Shown piece by piece: positions 48,510 to 58,117 of a DNA stretch of 64,000 nucleotides; the stretch's first letter is position 1, and every line of letters begins with the position of its first letter. The notes under the pieces were generated by a model, which did no database searches, was not told where the DNA came from, and saw nothing but the letters and a program-made list of their open reading frames with translations. The position numbers were made by a program, and so were the translations under genes. The stretch lies in assembly GCA_048884785.1 (NCBI GenBank), contig JBHLQM010000002.1, positions 33,044 through 97,043 on the forward strand, in the 5' to 3' direction. This DNA comes from Candidatus Thorarchaeota archaeon (lineage in GTDB: Archaea > Asgardarchaeota > Thorarchaeia > Thorarchaeales > Thorarchaeaceae).

Positions 48510-49547
48510 ATGTCTAAGAATATCGTTATCAGCGGGGAAACACTCACTGGCAAAACATTGGTGGCCATTGGATTGGCTGCTTATTTGCGGCAAAAAGGAA
48601 AGAAAGTTGGTTATCTGAAGCCAGTCGGTAGTGCGAATGATGAGGACGCCGCTGTAATGAAGCAGGTATTAGATTTGGATCCTAATTTGGACGTCATTTG
48701 CCCAATCGTACAGACCCGTTCAAGCTACGACGAATTCATCAGAATTGGACATGATGAGCTTCTGGCTCGCATCAAAAAGGCCTATGATGAAATATCCAAG
48801 AGTGTAGATGTTGTTATTATTGAAGGTCCAAAGGCTCCTTGGTATCTCCTTCATGTTGGTCTTTCAACACCTCATCTTGCGTCCGAATTCAATGCTTCTG
48901 TTCTAGGCCTCGTAAACTTCCCGGATGTCACTGCAATTGACGAAATTCACCATTTGCATAACCTGTTCAAACTGCACGGGATTGATACGATGTATTTTGT
49001 TCTAAATATGGTCCCTCCAATACATCGTAAACTCGTTTCAGAGAAAATTGGCCCATATATTGAAAGCTTGGGACTTGGGTACTTAGGAGCAATCTATCAT
49101 CGCCGTGAACTCTTTAGTCCAACAGTTCGAGAGATCAAAAACATACTTGAGGGGGAGATGATTGAAGGACCGGAGAAACTCGATCTTCTCATTGATCAAT
49201 TTATGGTTGGTAGCATGGCTCCTGAGAACGCATTGAAATGGTTCCGACGGGCAAAAGACAAGGCTGTAATTACAAGCGGTGATCGTGCAGATATCTGTCT
49301 GGCTGCAATGGAGACTGATACAAATCTCCTAATCCTCACTGGAGGAATTGGTCCTGATGTTCGTACAGTCGCAAGAGCTAAGGAGCTCGGAATTCCCATA
49401 ATGATGACTGCGCACGATACGTATACTACCGGTCGACTTGTAGACACCCTAATTGGCACAGTATCTCGTGATGATCTTGAAAAGGTTGCAATTATTGAGC
49501 AAATCATTTTGGAGGCTCTAGATTTCAGAGTTCTTGGTATTGCATGA
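48510..49547 (+). CDS. BioD-like/DRTGG phosphotransacetylase N-terminal-family protein
   Basis: GETLTGKT, GYLKPVG, ITSGDR...LTGG; abuts acd. Confidence 0.88.
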   Translation: MSKNIVISGETLTGKTLVAIGLAAYLRQKGKKVGYLKPVGSANDEDAAVMKQVLDLDPNLDVICPIVQTRSSYDEFIRIGHDELLARIKKAYDEISKSVDVVIIEGPKAPWYLLHVGLSTPHLASEFNASVLGLVNFPDVTAIDEIHHLHNLFKLHGIDTMYFVLNMVPPIHRKLVSEKIGPYIESLGLGYLGAIYHRRELFSPTVREIKNILEGEMIEGPEKLDLLIDQFMVGSMAPENALKWFRRAKDKAVITSGDRADICLAAMETDTNLLILTGGIGPDVRTVARAKELGIPIMMTAHDTYTTGRLVDTLIGTVSRDDLEKVAIIEQIILEALDFRVLGIA

Positions 49548-49809
49548 GAGATGGTGAAAAGGAGCTTGAGCTCCTTCTCTAAGAATGAAGCCAGTGTCAC
49601 AGACTCCGGGAGAGAATGCAGGTGACACTATCACATGGATGAAATTCTACCATAAGTCACCTTGTATGTTAGAGCTATTACTCACCTAATACTGCTGTCC
49701 CATTTGGACAATACCTAGAACTATTCTACCGTAGTGTTCGCCGCAAATCCTTTTCTTCTTTCAAGAAGAGGTACAAGATGAGAAACTAGGTGAGTTTTCT
49801 GGTGGTAAT

Positions 49810-50553
49810 ATGGAGAAGAGAGATTCTTACTATGAAAAAGGGGTTGCCACATGTATCCTCTGTGGAGAACCCTTGAAGGGATTAGAGAAGGTTCGATACC
49901 GGGGGTGGTGGTGCCATGCTGAATGTGCACATAAATCACTTGAACAAAATGTGGATAATTTCAAGAAGTGGCCTTTCTGGATTGGGGTCTTGGGTACTCC
50001 AAGCGGGGCTTTCCTTGCACTAATGTTGTTGTCAATGTTCCTAGAATCGCCGCCCCTTCTGAACCCATGGCCAATAGCAATTCCTTTCTTCGGTATGGCC
50101 ATCGGGCTGGCGTTTCAGAGTGTTGGCTTTCTCGGATTTTATGTGAGTTATTTGGAAAATAATGGAGTCGTACTATCTGTCTTAGCTGCTACAAGTTCCA
50201 TATTTCATGCGCTCGTTGGATTTCTCCTAATTCTGAATGGATATAATCCGGCCTATTATGATCCCATATTAGGAACCTTGAATATTGCATTAATACCGGA
50301 ATTATCGCTTTCAATCATTGTTGCATACGCAACGCTTGCACTAGTCATGCTATTGACAGCCGTTGTTGTAATGATGCTTGAAGGCTCAATTGGAGTGGGT
50401 GTATTTAATCGCGCTTTGGCAATTCTCTTCGTAGGATTGATTGCGATTGTTCCCTTATCTCCAATCAATATCATTGTTGAATTCAGTGCTGTAACAATTC
50501 TCTTTCTTTCCGCAGGTCCACCCAAATCGTGGAAAGAGGTTTCCGTCGAATAA
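49810..50553 (+). CDS. Membrane protein with N-terminal CxxC...HxxC zinc finger
   Basis: CILC-x17-HAEC followed by about 6 TMs. Confidence 0.7.
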   Translation: MEKRDSYYEKGVATCILCGEPLKGLEKVRYRGWWCHAECAHKSLEQNVDNFKKWPFWIGVLGTPSGAFLALMLLSMFLESPPLLNPWPIAIPFFGMAIGLAFQSVGFLGFYVSYLENNGVVLSVLAATSSIFHALVGFLLILNGYNPAYYDPILGTLNIALIPELSLSIIVAYATLALVMLLTAVVVMMLEGSIGVGVFNRALAILFVGLIAIVPLSPINIIVEFSAVTILFLSAGPPKSWKEVSVE

Positions 50554-50649
50554 GGCATCGACTGATTCCAACGTGGCGATTTCCAGTAAAGGATTTATGT
50601 TGGCATCGACACAGGTCGATGTAGCGCTAAAAGTAATAGAGGTGTACAA

Positions 50650-51399
50650 ATGGCATCTGATGCAAAATCATCCGGTAAGGCCGAGGACACTGTGAAATCC
50701 GCTCAGGAACTTGAGTCCCTAAAGTGGATTCGCGAGAGAAGGTCCATACGGGAGTTTACCGGTGAAAAGATACCCGACGAGCATATTGAGCTGATTCTGG
50801 AGGCGGCACGGCATGCGCCAAGCCCAGAAAACATGCTCATGATGCGATTCATTGTGATTCGCGATGATCAGGAGACAAAGGAGTTTTTGGCAGATATTGC
50901 CCAAGAGATGGCACAGACAGCATTTGGTGGAGCTCCATTTGAGCTCACAAGTGGTCGTAACTGGTTCATTTCTGATCCATACCGGGCAGCAGTCTATGCA
51001 AGGCTCAGAGATGGAGAGTTATTCCGATACCCTGAGAAAAGCGATACTGTGATTATTGTATGTGCAAGCGATTCTTGGCATGATGCTGGATATCTGTATC
51101 CAAACGAGTTGTTTGGTTCGGTAGTTTGCGGCATGGCTATAATGAACATGTGGTTAACAGCAACTGAACTTGGCTACGGTTGTGGCTATGAGGCGTTGGT
51201 GTGTTCAGATCCTAGGCATGCAGAGCTAATCCGTGATAGGCTGGGAATTCCGCCAATTTGGCTACCAATAACTGCCTTCTGTATTGGTCAAAGAGTATCA
51301 GCAAGGGCTCTAGGTCCAAGCAGAGCTCCACTTGAGGGTCTAATGTACGATGAGAGATGGGGCAAACCATACAGACGTTTAGCATTCAGGGAGGAGTGA
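50650..51399 (+). CDS. Nitroreductase-family flavoprotein
   Basis: RRSIREF, ILEAARHAPS, NMWLTATELGYG. Confidence 0.9.
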   Translation: MASDAKSSGKAEDTVKSAQELESLKWIRERRSIREFTGEKIPDEHIELILEAARHAPSPENMLMMRFIVIRDDQETKEFLADIAQEMAQTAFGGAPFELTSGRNWFISDPYRAAVYARLRDGELFRYPEKSDTVIIVCASDSWHDAGYLYPNELFGSVVCGMAIMNMWLTATELGYGCGYEALVCSDPRHAELIRDRLGIPPIWLPITAFCIGQRVSARALGPSRAPLEGLMYDERWGKPYRRLAFREE

Positions 51400-51403
51400 A
51401 ACA

Positions 51404-51661
51404 ATGGAAGTAGATTTCAAACCAGAAACTATGGACAAGATGAAAGAATTAGCTGAGGAAGCCGGACTTTCCATTGAAGGACTTATTATGGTCGTTATGG
51501 AGCAGTTCTCCCTTAACAAAGGTGGACGAGTCTATACTGGCCGTTGGTCTGGTGGCGAGGAGGATGGAGTCAAGGGGTTCCGATATTGTGTCCAGTGGCC
51601 ATTCCGACCCGGTTTCAAAGAAGCCGTAGGTGCTGAAGTTAAGAAATGGAGGGCTGATTAA
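51404..51661 (+). CDS. Small protein with N-terminal RHH-like domain
   Basis: MEVDFKPETMDKMKELAEEAGLSIEGLI; GGAG SD; operonic. Confidence 0.7.
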   Translation: MEVDFKPETMDKMKELAEEAGLSIEGLIMVVMEQFSLNKGGRVYTGRWSGGEEDGVKGFRYCVQWPFRPGFKEAVGAEVKKWRAD

Positions 51662-51933
51662 TGGCGAAGTTCAGAAAACACCCAACCGGAGCATGGCCAT
51701 TCTACCCATTCCTGAAAGAAGGGGATATTGAACATGAGTATTGGAATTCCAAGAAGATGATTCACATGTCCTTTATCAATGACCGGAAAGGAAGAATTGT
51801 CACTCTGATGGAAAATGACAGGTATGAAGCTTTCATTGCAGAGATCAAGAAACGCAAAGGAAACTTCTGGGCAAGCACAATTGATGCAGTTATGCAAGAA
51901 GCAATTGACGATTGGATGAAAAAGGAGGAATAG
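51661..51933 (+). CDS. Small protein with C-terminal RHH-like domain
   Basis: TAATG overlap; ends IDAVMQEAIDDWM. Confidence 0.7.
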   Translation: MAKFRKHPTGAWPFYPFLKEGDIEHEYWNSKKMIHMSFINDRKGRIVTLMENDRYEAFIAEIKKRKGNFWASTIDAVMQEAIDDWMKKEE

Positions 51934-51935
51934 AA

Positions 51936-52295
51936 ATGAGTCAACTACAAGAGTTCTTCAAGTTTTTCATGCACCAGGTTAATACAAAATCTGATCTCAA
52001 GAAGAATCTGGAAACTTGGATTGGACCCTACCATGGCAAAATTTTGCAGGTTCATACGGAAGAAGGGGATCAATATCTAGTGGTCAAAAAGACTGGAATG
52101 TCATTGCATGACGGTGTCTACCCCAGTCCAGATGTTATCTACAAGTCTAACTCAGCCACACTCCTTGGAATATTCACTGGCGAAATTCCATTCAAGGATA
52201 CCATGAAGGATGGCAGTTTAGAAGTAATCGGAGCCGCCCATGAGAGCGACGCTCTTGCAAATCTAATACTAGTTGCAATGATGGGTGCAATGTAG
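51936..52295 (+). CDS. SCP2 sterol/lipid-binding domain protein
   Basis: PDVIYKS...LGIFTGEI...MKDGSLEVIG. Confidence 0.7.
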   Translation: MSQLQEFFKFFMHQVNTKSDLKKNLETWIGPYHGKILQVHTEEGDQYLVVKKTGMSLHDGVYPSPDVIYKSNSATLLGIFTGEIPFKDTMKDGSLEVIGAAHESDALANLILVAMMGAM

Positions 52296-52306
52296 GAGGG
52301 CTTAGA

Positions 52307-53431
52307 GTGGAGATAAACAAGATTGCAGTCATCGGAGCTGGCCTAATGGGTGCCGGAATCGCCTATGTATCTGCAGGGAAAGGATACCATGTTACAATGG
52401 TAGACATCACGGAAGCAGCCGTTGACGCCGGGATGGAGAGAATAAGGAACGACGTGATGACTGGAGTAGATAAAGGCAAGCTCTCACTTAATGATGCACA
52501 GAGTCTCATGGGGAACTTGAGAACAACCACTTCGAATGCTGAAGCCTGCAAAGATGCCGATCTGGTCATCGAGGCAATCTTTGAGAATATGGAGGTCAAG
52601 AAGAAGGTGTTTGCAGAACTGGACAAGGCAGCCCCGCCTCATGCCATTCTGGCGAGCAACACTTCAACACTAAGCATTGACGAGATTGCATCTGCAACAG
52701 GTCGTCCTGAGAAAGTTGTGGGTATGCACTACTTCTCTCCGGTTGCAGCTATGAAGCTACTTGAAATCGTTGTTGGCGAAAAAACCAACAATGATACGGT
52801 TGCAGCAGCAGTTGCCGTCGGACAGAAACAGGGAAAGACTACAGTAAAGGCGAAGAATAGTCCTGGATTCATCGTCAATAGAATTCTCATACCTGCCATG
52901 AGAGAAGCAGTACTCCTCTATGAGGGCGGAGCTGCCACGAAAGAGGAGATAGATAATGCCATGACAACCATTGCCAAGTATCCCGCAGGTCCATTTGCAC
53001 TTGGTGATTTTGTTGGACTGGATATCGCGTACAATAGTGCAAGCACACTCGAACGGGAACTTGGTGACTGCTTTAATGTTCCTGCAACTCTCAAGAAGCT
53101 AGTTGAATCAGGAGCACTTGGCACAAAGACCAAGAGAGGGTTCTATAGCTATGGTGGAGAACGAGATGAACCTGAACCTCCCAAAGGTGCAGATCCTCAG
53201 TGGATAGTTACTCAGCTTATGATGCCAACCCTTAGGACAGCTATGATTCTAGTCGATGAGGGAATTGCTGAGGAGAAGGATATTGATCTTGCGATGAAAC
53301 TAGGCGCATCATACCCGGAGGGACCGTTTGAAACACTCCACAGGATTGGCCGTGACAAGGTCAAAGCTGCGCTTGAGAAGTTGTATGAAGAGCGCGGCGA
53401 GTGTTATTCTGTCCCTAAGTACATAGGATAA
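52307..53431 (+). CDS. 3-hydroxyacyl-CoA dehydrogenase with duplicated C-terminal domain
   Basis: IGAGLMGAGIA, VIEAIFE, ASNTS, GMHYFSP, PGFIVNR. Confidence 0.93.
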   Translation: MEINKIAVIGAGLMGAGIAYVSAGKGYHVTMVDITEAAVDAGMERIRNDVMTGVDKGKLSLNDAQSLMGNLRTTTSNAEACKDADLVIEAIFENMEVKKKVFAELDKAAPPHAILASNTSTLSIDEIASATGRPEKVVGMHYFSPVAAMKLLEIVVGEKTNNDTVAAAVAVGQKQGKTTVKAKNSPGFIVNRILIPAMREAVLLYEGGAATKEEIDNAMTTIAKYPAGPFALGDFVGLDIAYNSASTLERELGDCFNVPATLKKLVESGALGTKTKRGFYSYGGERDEPEPPKGADPQWIVTQLMMPTLRTAMILVDEGIAEEKDIDLAMKLGASYPEGPFETLHRIGRDKVKAALEKLYEERGECYSVPKYIG

Positions 53432-53440
53432 GAGAAAACT

Positions 53441-53478
53441 GGCAAGGAAACCTCCTTGCCTTCCCCTTTCTTTTTCTT
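53441..53478 (+). terminator. Hairpin plus pyrimidine tail
   Basis: GGCAAGGA-AACC-TCCTTGCC then TTCCCCTTTCTTTTTCTT. Confidence 0.7.
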
Positions 53479-53569
53479 CACATCAAGTCGAAGAGAGAAT
53501 CGACATTCTGTTATGGTCTGGATTTATTAGGTGCATGTATCTCTCTCCTTGGTAGAATCTTCATAGAAG

Positions 53570-54391
53570 GTGATTAAAATTCCAGAGTATGCTACCATGC
53601 TTTATTCAAAGGAGGGCTCGTTTCTCTCTCCTGTGAAAAATGTCGCTGTCATAAAGATGAATCGAGTGGACGCCATGAACAGCATCAATGACCAATTTCT
53701 CAATGATCTTGTTGCTGCTCTGCAGGAGGCTGAAAGAGATCCTGACGTTCGTTCGATTGTTATAGCTTCTGCACATGATAAGGTATACTCGACTGGAGCT
53801 GACCTAAAGACAGCTCAAGGTTTTCTTGGAAAACCAGACGAGGTTAAACCCTTACTTGAAGAAGGCCAGCGAGCTATTGATACAATTGCTAGGCTAAGCA
53901 AGCCGGTAATTGCTGCGATTAATGGGCTATGTCTCGGAGGCGGTACAGAGATAGCACTTGCTGCAGATATTCGTATTTGTGAAACTGAAGCAAAGATCGG
54001 AACACCTGAAGTTAGTCTTGGACTAATACCTGCTTGGGGAGGTTGCACACGTCTTCCAAGAATTGTTGGTCTTGGCAAGGCGATGGAAATAATCCTTACA
54101 GGCGGCGCAATAACCGCGGAGGAAGCTCTGGCGATAGGTCTTGTCAGTAAAGTAGTAAACAAAGACGAGCTGCTGAGTCAGGCAATGTGGTATGGTGCAA
54201 AGCTTGGTGGGAACGCCCCAGTTGCTCTGAAATGGGCGAAAGAAGCTACACACAAAGCTTTCGAAGAATCATACGACAAGAATCACGAATTTCAGACTGA
54301 GGCTGGTGTTGCACTTTTCAATACCAAAGACCTTGGAGAGGGAATAGCTTCCGTTTTTGAAAAACGACGCGGAAAATTCACAGGTCAGTAG
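53570..54391 (+). CDS. Enoyl-CoA hydratase/isomerase
   Basis: STGADL, AAINGLCLGGGTE, PEVSLGLIPAWGG. Confidence 0.93.
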   Translation: MIKIPEYATMLYSKEGSFLSPVKNVAVIKMNRVDAMNSINDQFLNDLVAALQEAERDPDVRSIVIASAHDKVYSTGADLKTAQGFLGKPDEVKPLLEEGQRAIDTIARLSKPVIAAINGLCLGGGTEIALAADIRICETEAKIGTPEVSLGLIPAWGGCTRLPRIVGLGKAMEIILTGGAITAEEALAIGLVSKVVNKDELLSQAMWYGAKLGGNAPVALKWAKEATHKAFEESYDKNHEFQTEAGVALFNTKDLGEGIASVFEKRRGKFTGQ

Positions 54392-54398
54392 ACTCTTG

Positions 54399-54425
54399 TG
54401 TAGGTTGGGGGCAACCCCACCTACA
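54399..54425. terminator. GNRA-capped hairpin between convergent genes
   Basis: TGTAGG(T)TGGGG-GCAA-CCCCACCTACA. Confidence 0.55.
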
Positions 54426-54427
54426 TA

Positions 54428-55369
54428 CTATTTTTGCTCTGATTTTCTCCAAATATACATTGAATAATGCCTGACATCCTCATATCCAAGGGATTCGTAT
54501 AGTTGCTTTGCTACATTCTTCTTGGTAACATCAAGATTGATTCTCTCGAGTGCCTGTTCCTTTTCCATCATTTTCTTCATGGAATATATGAGTAGAGCTC
54601 TGCCCAACCCCATCCTGCGAAGCTCTTTTGAAATGCAAATATCAGGTATGTACCCTGTATCATCAGTAGTCATTGTTAGGAAGCAAACGCCTGCAGGTGA
54701 TTCATTATGCATCAATACTTGGGATAGTAGTGGCTTATAGACTCCGTATCTATTTTGTTCAATCCTCTCAATGAGAGCCAGGACATTACTAAAGCTTCCA
54801 AAGAAATCTGGGAAGACTTCAACATCGATATTTCCTATGTTTGAATAGAAAACCAAATCCGCGATTGCATCCCTCATGCTCTCCTCGTAAACTTGAAAAT
54901 AATAGCCATCAGGGAGAATTGGAGACTTCAGCTCATCTATTCTGTCACGTGTAAGAGTCATATGCTTTCGGTCATATTTCTTGAATCCCTTTTCCTCGAA
55001 ATACCCTCCAAGTGTATCACTGACAGCCCCGCCACTGGAGCCACTAAACTTAACGATAGAAGATGAATGTGATAGATATTCAAATCCATGTTCAAAGAGC
55101 ATTCGTTCCTCGTAGATGATATCATCAGCCATTTCATCAACAAACAGTGCATTGATAGTAGAGGATTGGTTGCCCAGAGCTATAAATCCAATAGGTTTGC
55201 CATTTTCATATTTCGCAAAGACCTTCAGGTTATTTGATACAATTGCTGATTTGATACGTTCTGTGAATGAGGATGATGATTGAAAGAAACCTATTTCTCT
55301 GCTCTTCTGAAATGAATCTATGAGGAACTCAAATTCGCCAAACGTGTCTATGGTAACTTCGCGAATCAT
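54428..55369 (-). CDS. Tandem GNAT acetyltransferase
   Basis: RRMGLGRALL, LDVTKKNVAKQLYESLGY. Confidence 0.85.
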   Translation of the reverse strand: MIREVTIDTFGEFEFLIDSFQKSREIGFFQSSSSFTERIKSAIVSNNLKVFAKYENGKPIGFIALGNQSSTINALFVDEMADDIIYEERMLFEHGFEYLSHSSSIVKFSGSSGGAVSDTLGGYFEEKGFKKYDRKHMTLTRDRIDELKSPILPDGYYFQVYEESMRDAIADLVFYSNIGNIDVEVFPDFFGSFSNVLALIERIEQNRYGVYKPLLSQVLMHNESPAGVCFLTMTTDDTGYIPDICISKELRRMGLGRALLIYSMKKMMEKEQALERINLDVTKKNVAKQLYESLGYEDVRHYSMYIWRKSEQK

Positions 55370-55590
55370 GAATCTTTATTGACATATTAGTATCAAAGCA
55401 GTTGAGTTTGACGCAATTGTTTCATCAAAGCCAAGTTTGATATACATTAGGGGCAAGATTATGACGAATTCAACTTCGTTGACCTTCAATCCGTCAACCT
55501 TAAGATGTGCTTCTCAGATGATTCTTATCGAATGTTGAAGTTTGAGAATCTTCTTCAATGAAACAGAAGGTTCCTCACGGAGGAAAAGAA

Positions 55591-56760
55591 ATGGCGAGAA
55601 AAGTCGCTGTTGTGGCTGGAGGCCACAGCAAGTTCGGAAAGCGGAAAGATGCCACGATGAGAGAGCTGTGTGCTGAAGCATACAAGCCTATCTACGATGA
55701 AGGCATCACACAAGACAAGATCGATGCCAGTGTCCTATCATATGCTGCTTCGCAGTTTACTGGGCAAGGCGCAGGTTCAGCCCTGATAGCGGACTATATC
55801 GGTATTCAGGACAAGCCACATCTTAGAGTGGAATCTGCGTGCACAACAGGAACTGCCTCACTTAGGGCTGCATGGGGAATGGTTGCTTCTGGTTTGTATG
55901 ATGTCATGTTGGTGCTGGGAGTCGAACAGATGAATAGAGTGTCATCAGCTACCGCTACAGAGTATATGTCTCAAGCAGGTGATATGCGGTGGGAATATCC
56001 TTACGGAATTTCATTCCCAGCTTTTTATGCGCTCATGGCTTCAAGATATATGCATGAATATGGAATGACACATGATACACTTGCGAAGATTGCTGTTAAA
56101 TCACATCACTACGGAGCACAAAATCCCAAGGCGCATTTACCAAAAGAGGTTTCATTTGAAGAGGCAAATAATGCAATTCCTATCTGTAGACCTCTCAACC
56201 TCTATGACTGTAGTCTAATTACAGATGGAGCAGCTGCTGTTGTGATTGCGGCTGAGGATAGAGTCAAAGAGTTCACTGACAGACCTATGTGGATCAAAGG
56301 AATCGGTGCAGGTGCTTCAGAGATGATGATTCAAGATAGGACAAGTTTAACTTCGATTCCAGGTGCAAAGAGGGCAGCAAAGGCAGCATACGAAATGGCT
56401 GGATTGAAACCTGAAGATATCAATATGGCGCAGGTTCATGATTGCTTCACTATCGCTGAATTAATTGCGTATGAAGACTTGGGATTTGTAGAGCCCGGAA
56501 AAGGTCCCGAATTTGTCGAAAACAAGGAGAACTACCACACAGGACGAATGCCCGTTAACTGTGATGGAGGTCTCAAGAGCAAGGGTCATCCATTGGGTGC
56601 AACAGGTGTGTCAATGACCTATGAGATTCTGAAACAGATGCGAGGTGAGGCTCAGAACCCATCTCGGCAAATCAAGGATGTAAAATATGGACTTGCGCAC
56701 AATGTTGGGCAATCTGGGCAATTTGTTAATATCTTCATTTTCGAAAGAGGGTGGTCATAA
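55591..56760 (+). CDS. Archaeal-type thiolase (acetyl-CoA C-acyltransferase)
   Basis: VESACTTG, VHDCFT, GGLKSKGHPLGATG. Confidence 0.93.
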   Translation: MARKVAVVAGGHSKFGKRKDATMRELCAEAYKPIYDEGITQDKIDASVLSYAASQFTGQGAGSALIADYIGIQDKPHLRVESACTTGTASLRAAWGMVASGLYDVMLVLGVEQMNRVSSATATEYMSQAGDMRWEYPYGISFPAFYALMASRYMHEYGMTHDTLAKIAVKSHHYGAQNPKAHLPKEVSFEEANNAIPICRPLNLYDCSLITDGAAAVVIAAEDRVKEFTDRPMWIKGIGAGASEMMIQDRTSLTSIPGAKRAAKAAYEMAGLKPEDINMAQVHDCFTIAELIAYEDLGFVEPGKGPEFVENKENYHTGRMPVNCDGGLKSKGHPLGATGVSMTYEILKQMRGEAQNPSRQIKDVKYGLAHNVGQSGQFVNIFIFERGWS

Positions 56761-57177
56761 ATGGCAGAACAGAAAGAACTCTATCTTGGATACGCCACTG
56801 ACAAGGCTGTAACACCTTTTATGCAGAAATTCCTTGAAGCTTTGGATAATGAAAATCTAATGATGAGTAAATGTACATCATGTGGCACTGAGTTTCTTCC
56901 CCCGCGGCAGCATTGTCAGAAGTGCTTGAGTGAATGTGAGCTCAAGCCCTTTACAGAAAAAGAAGCAAAGCTTAGATCATATGTTGTAGTTGACTTCGCA
57001 CCAGAGAGTCTCTCTGCAAGAGCGCCATATGTTGTTGCAATTGGTGAGTTTCCGTCAGGCAAGAGACTAACCGCTCATATCACAAATCTCATGAGCATGC
57101 CCGAAGTTGGGATGACTCTCAAGTTGGGCTTCGAGAAAGTTGACGACAAGAAAATAACATACAAGTGGCTCAGTTAG
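56761..57177 (+). CDS. DUF35 Zn-ribbon/OB-fold thiolase partner
   Basis: CTSCG...PPRQHCQKC, APYVVAIGE; abuts thiolase. Confidence 0.9.
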   Translation: MAEQKELYLGYATDKAVTPFMQKFLEALDNENLMMSKCTSCGTEFLPPRQHCQKCLSECELKPFTEKEAKLRSYVVVDFAPESLSARAPYVVAIGEFPSGKRLTAHITNLMSMPEVGMTLKLGFEKVDDKKITYKWLS

Positions 57178-57562
57178 CAGCTCTGAGGGCAGATTTGCCC
57201 TCAGCCTCCTTTTCTTTTGATTTATTGGACATTGCAGAGTACTCCAACACAGTCGCCATTTTGGATGTTCTCGCAACTGACTTCAGGGTTGAAAGGTAAA
57301 TTCTTGAGGGCTCTATACAATCGCTGTCTTCAAGCTCATGGACAGCTTCGTCTATGATTTCAACGGCATCTTGTATCCTTTTCTTTCCATCATTTCTGCG
57401 ATATCCTGAAAATACAATATAGTCCGGCACAGGATTCCTGATTGCCTTTAGGAGCAAATTCTCCTCTGTCACAGTTGTCTTCATTTCATAGGAGCTCACT
57501 AAGGAGTTTCTCATGGCAAGAAGAGATTCCACTAGTACACTATTTTTATCAGACCGCTGCAA
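57170..57562 (-). CDS. Small hypothetical protein, paralog of 57656..57988
   Basis: ESLLAMRNSLVSSYE...DYIVFSGYRRNDG; TTG 57562 after GGAGAG preferred. Confidence 0.7.
   Translation of the reverse strand: MQRSDKNSVLVESLLAMRNSLVSSYEMKTTVTEENLLLKAIRNPVPDYIVFSGYRRNDGKKRIQDAVEIIDEAVHELEDSDCIEPSRIYLSTLKSVARTSKMATVLEYSAMSNKSKEKEAEGKSALRAAN
57183..57218 (+). terminator. Hairpin plus U-rich tail after thiolase-DUF35
   Basis: CTGAGGGCA-GATT-TGCCCTCAG then CCTCCTTTTCTTTT. Confidence 0.7.
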
Positions 57563-57655
57563 ATACACTCTCTCTCCGATTGACCTCGGCGTGTGTGTGG
57601 TGGAAGAGCAAACGACTAGATAAATATGTATCATGAAATCTGATAATTCTTATTT

Positions 57656-57988
57656 CTAAGCAGATGCCTCAAGAATTCGCGCCCATTGCTTTACCATTGA
57701 TACCGATTTCATTGTTTTTGCATAGATTTCTGATGGCGACGGGTCTTCTCCTTCGTCAAGTAGCAGCAATGCATAGTCAATGACTTCTAGTACATCGCGA
57801 AGTCGTCGTATTCCTTCGTTTCTTCTATAATCCGAAAACACGAAGTAATCTGTCTTCTTCTCAGACCAAGCTTCAACAAATAGGGCTTCTTCTAGAAGAG
57901 CACTGCCAAATTCATATGAGCTCTCCAAGGATTGTCTTAGTGCCAGAAGAGACTCTCTACAGACCTCTCTTAGCATTCCTCCGCTCAT
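57656..57988 (-). CDS. Small hypothetical protein, paralog of 57170..57562
   Basis: ESLLALRQSLESSYE...DYFVFSDYRRNEG. Confidence 0.75.
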   Translation of the reverse strand: MSGGMLREVCRESLLALRQSLESSYEFGSALLEEALFVEAWSEKKTDYFVFSDYRRNEGIRRLRDVLEVIDYALLLLDEGEDPSPSEIYAKTMKSVSMVKQWARILEASA

Positions 57989-58117
57989 TATCCATCCCTA
58001 CCTAGGCTAGCCAATTAGTTGGCCAATCACGTAATGCTATCGTACTTAAAAGCCATTGCTAAGAATGCTTAATTAGGGGCCTTAATGGAGGTAGGGTGTA
58101 TTCAGGAGGAATATGTT

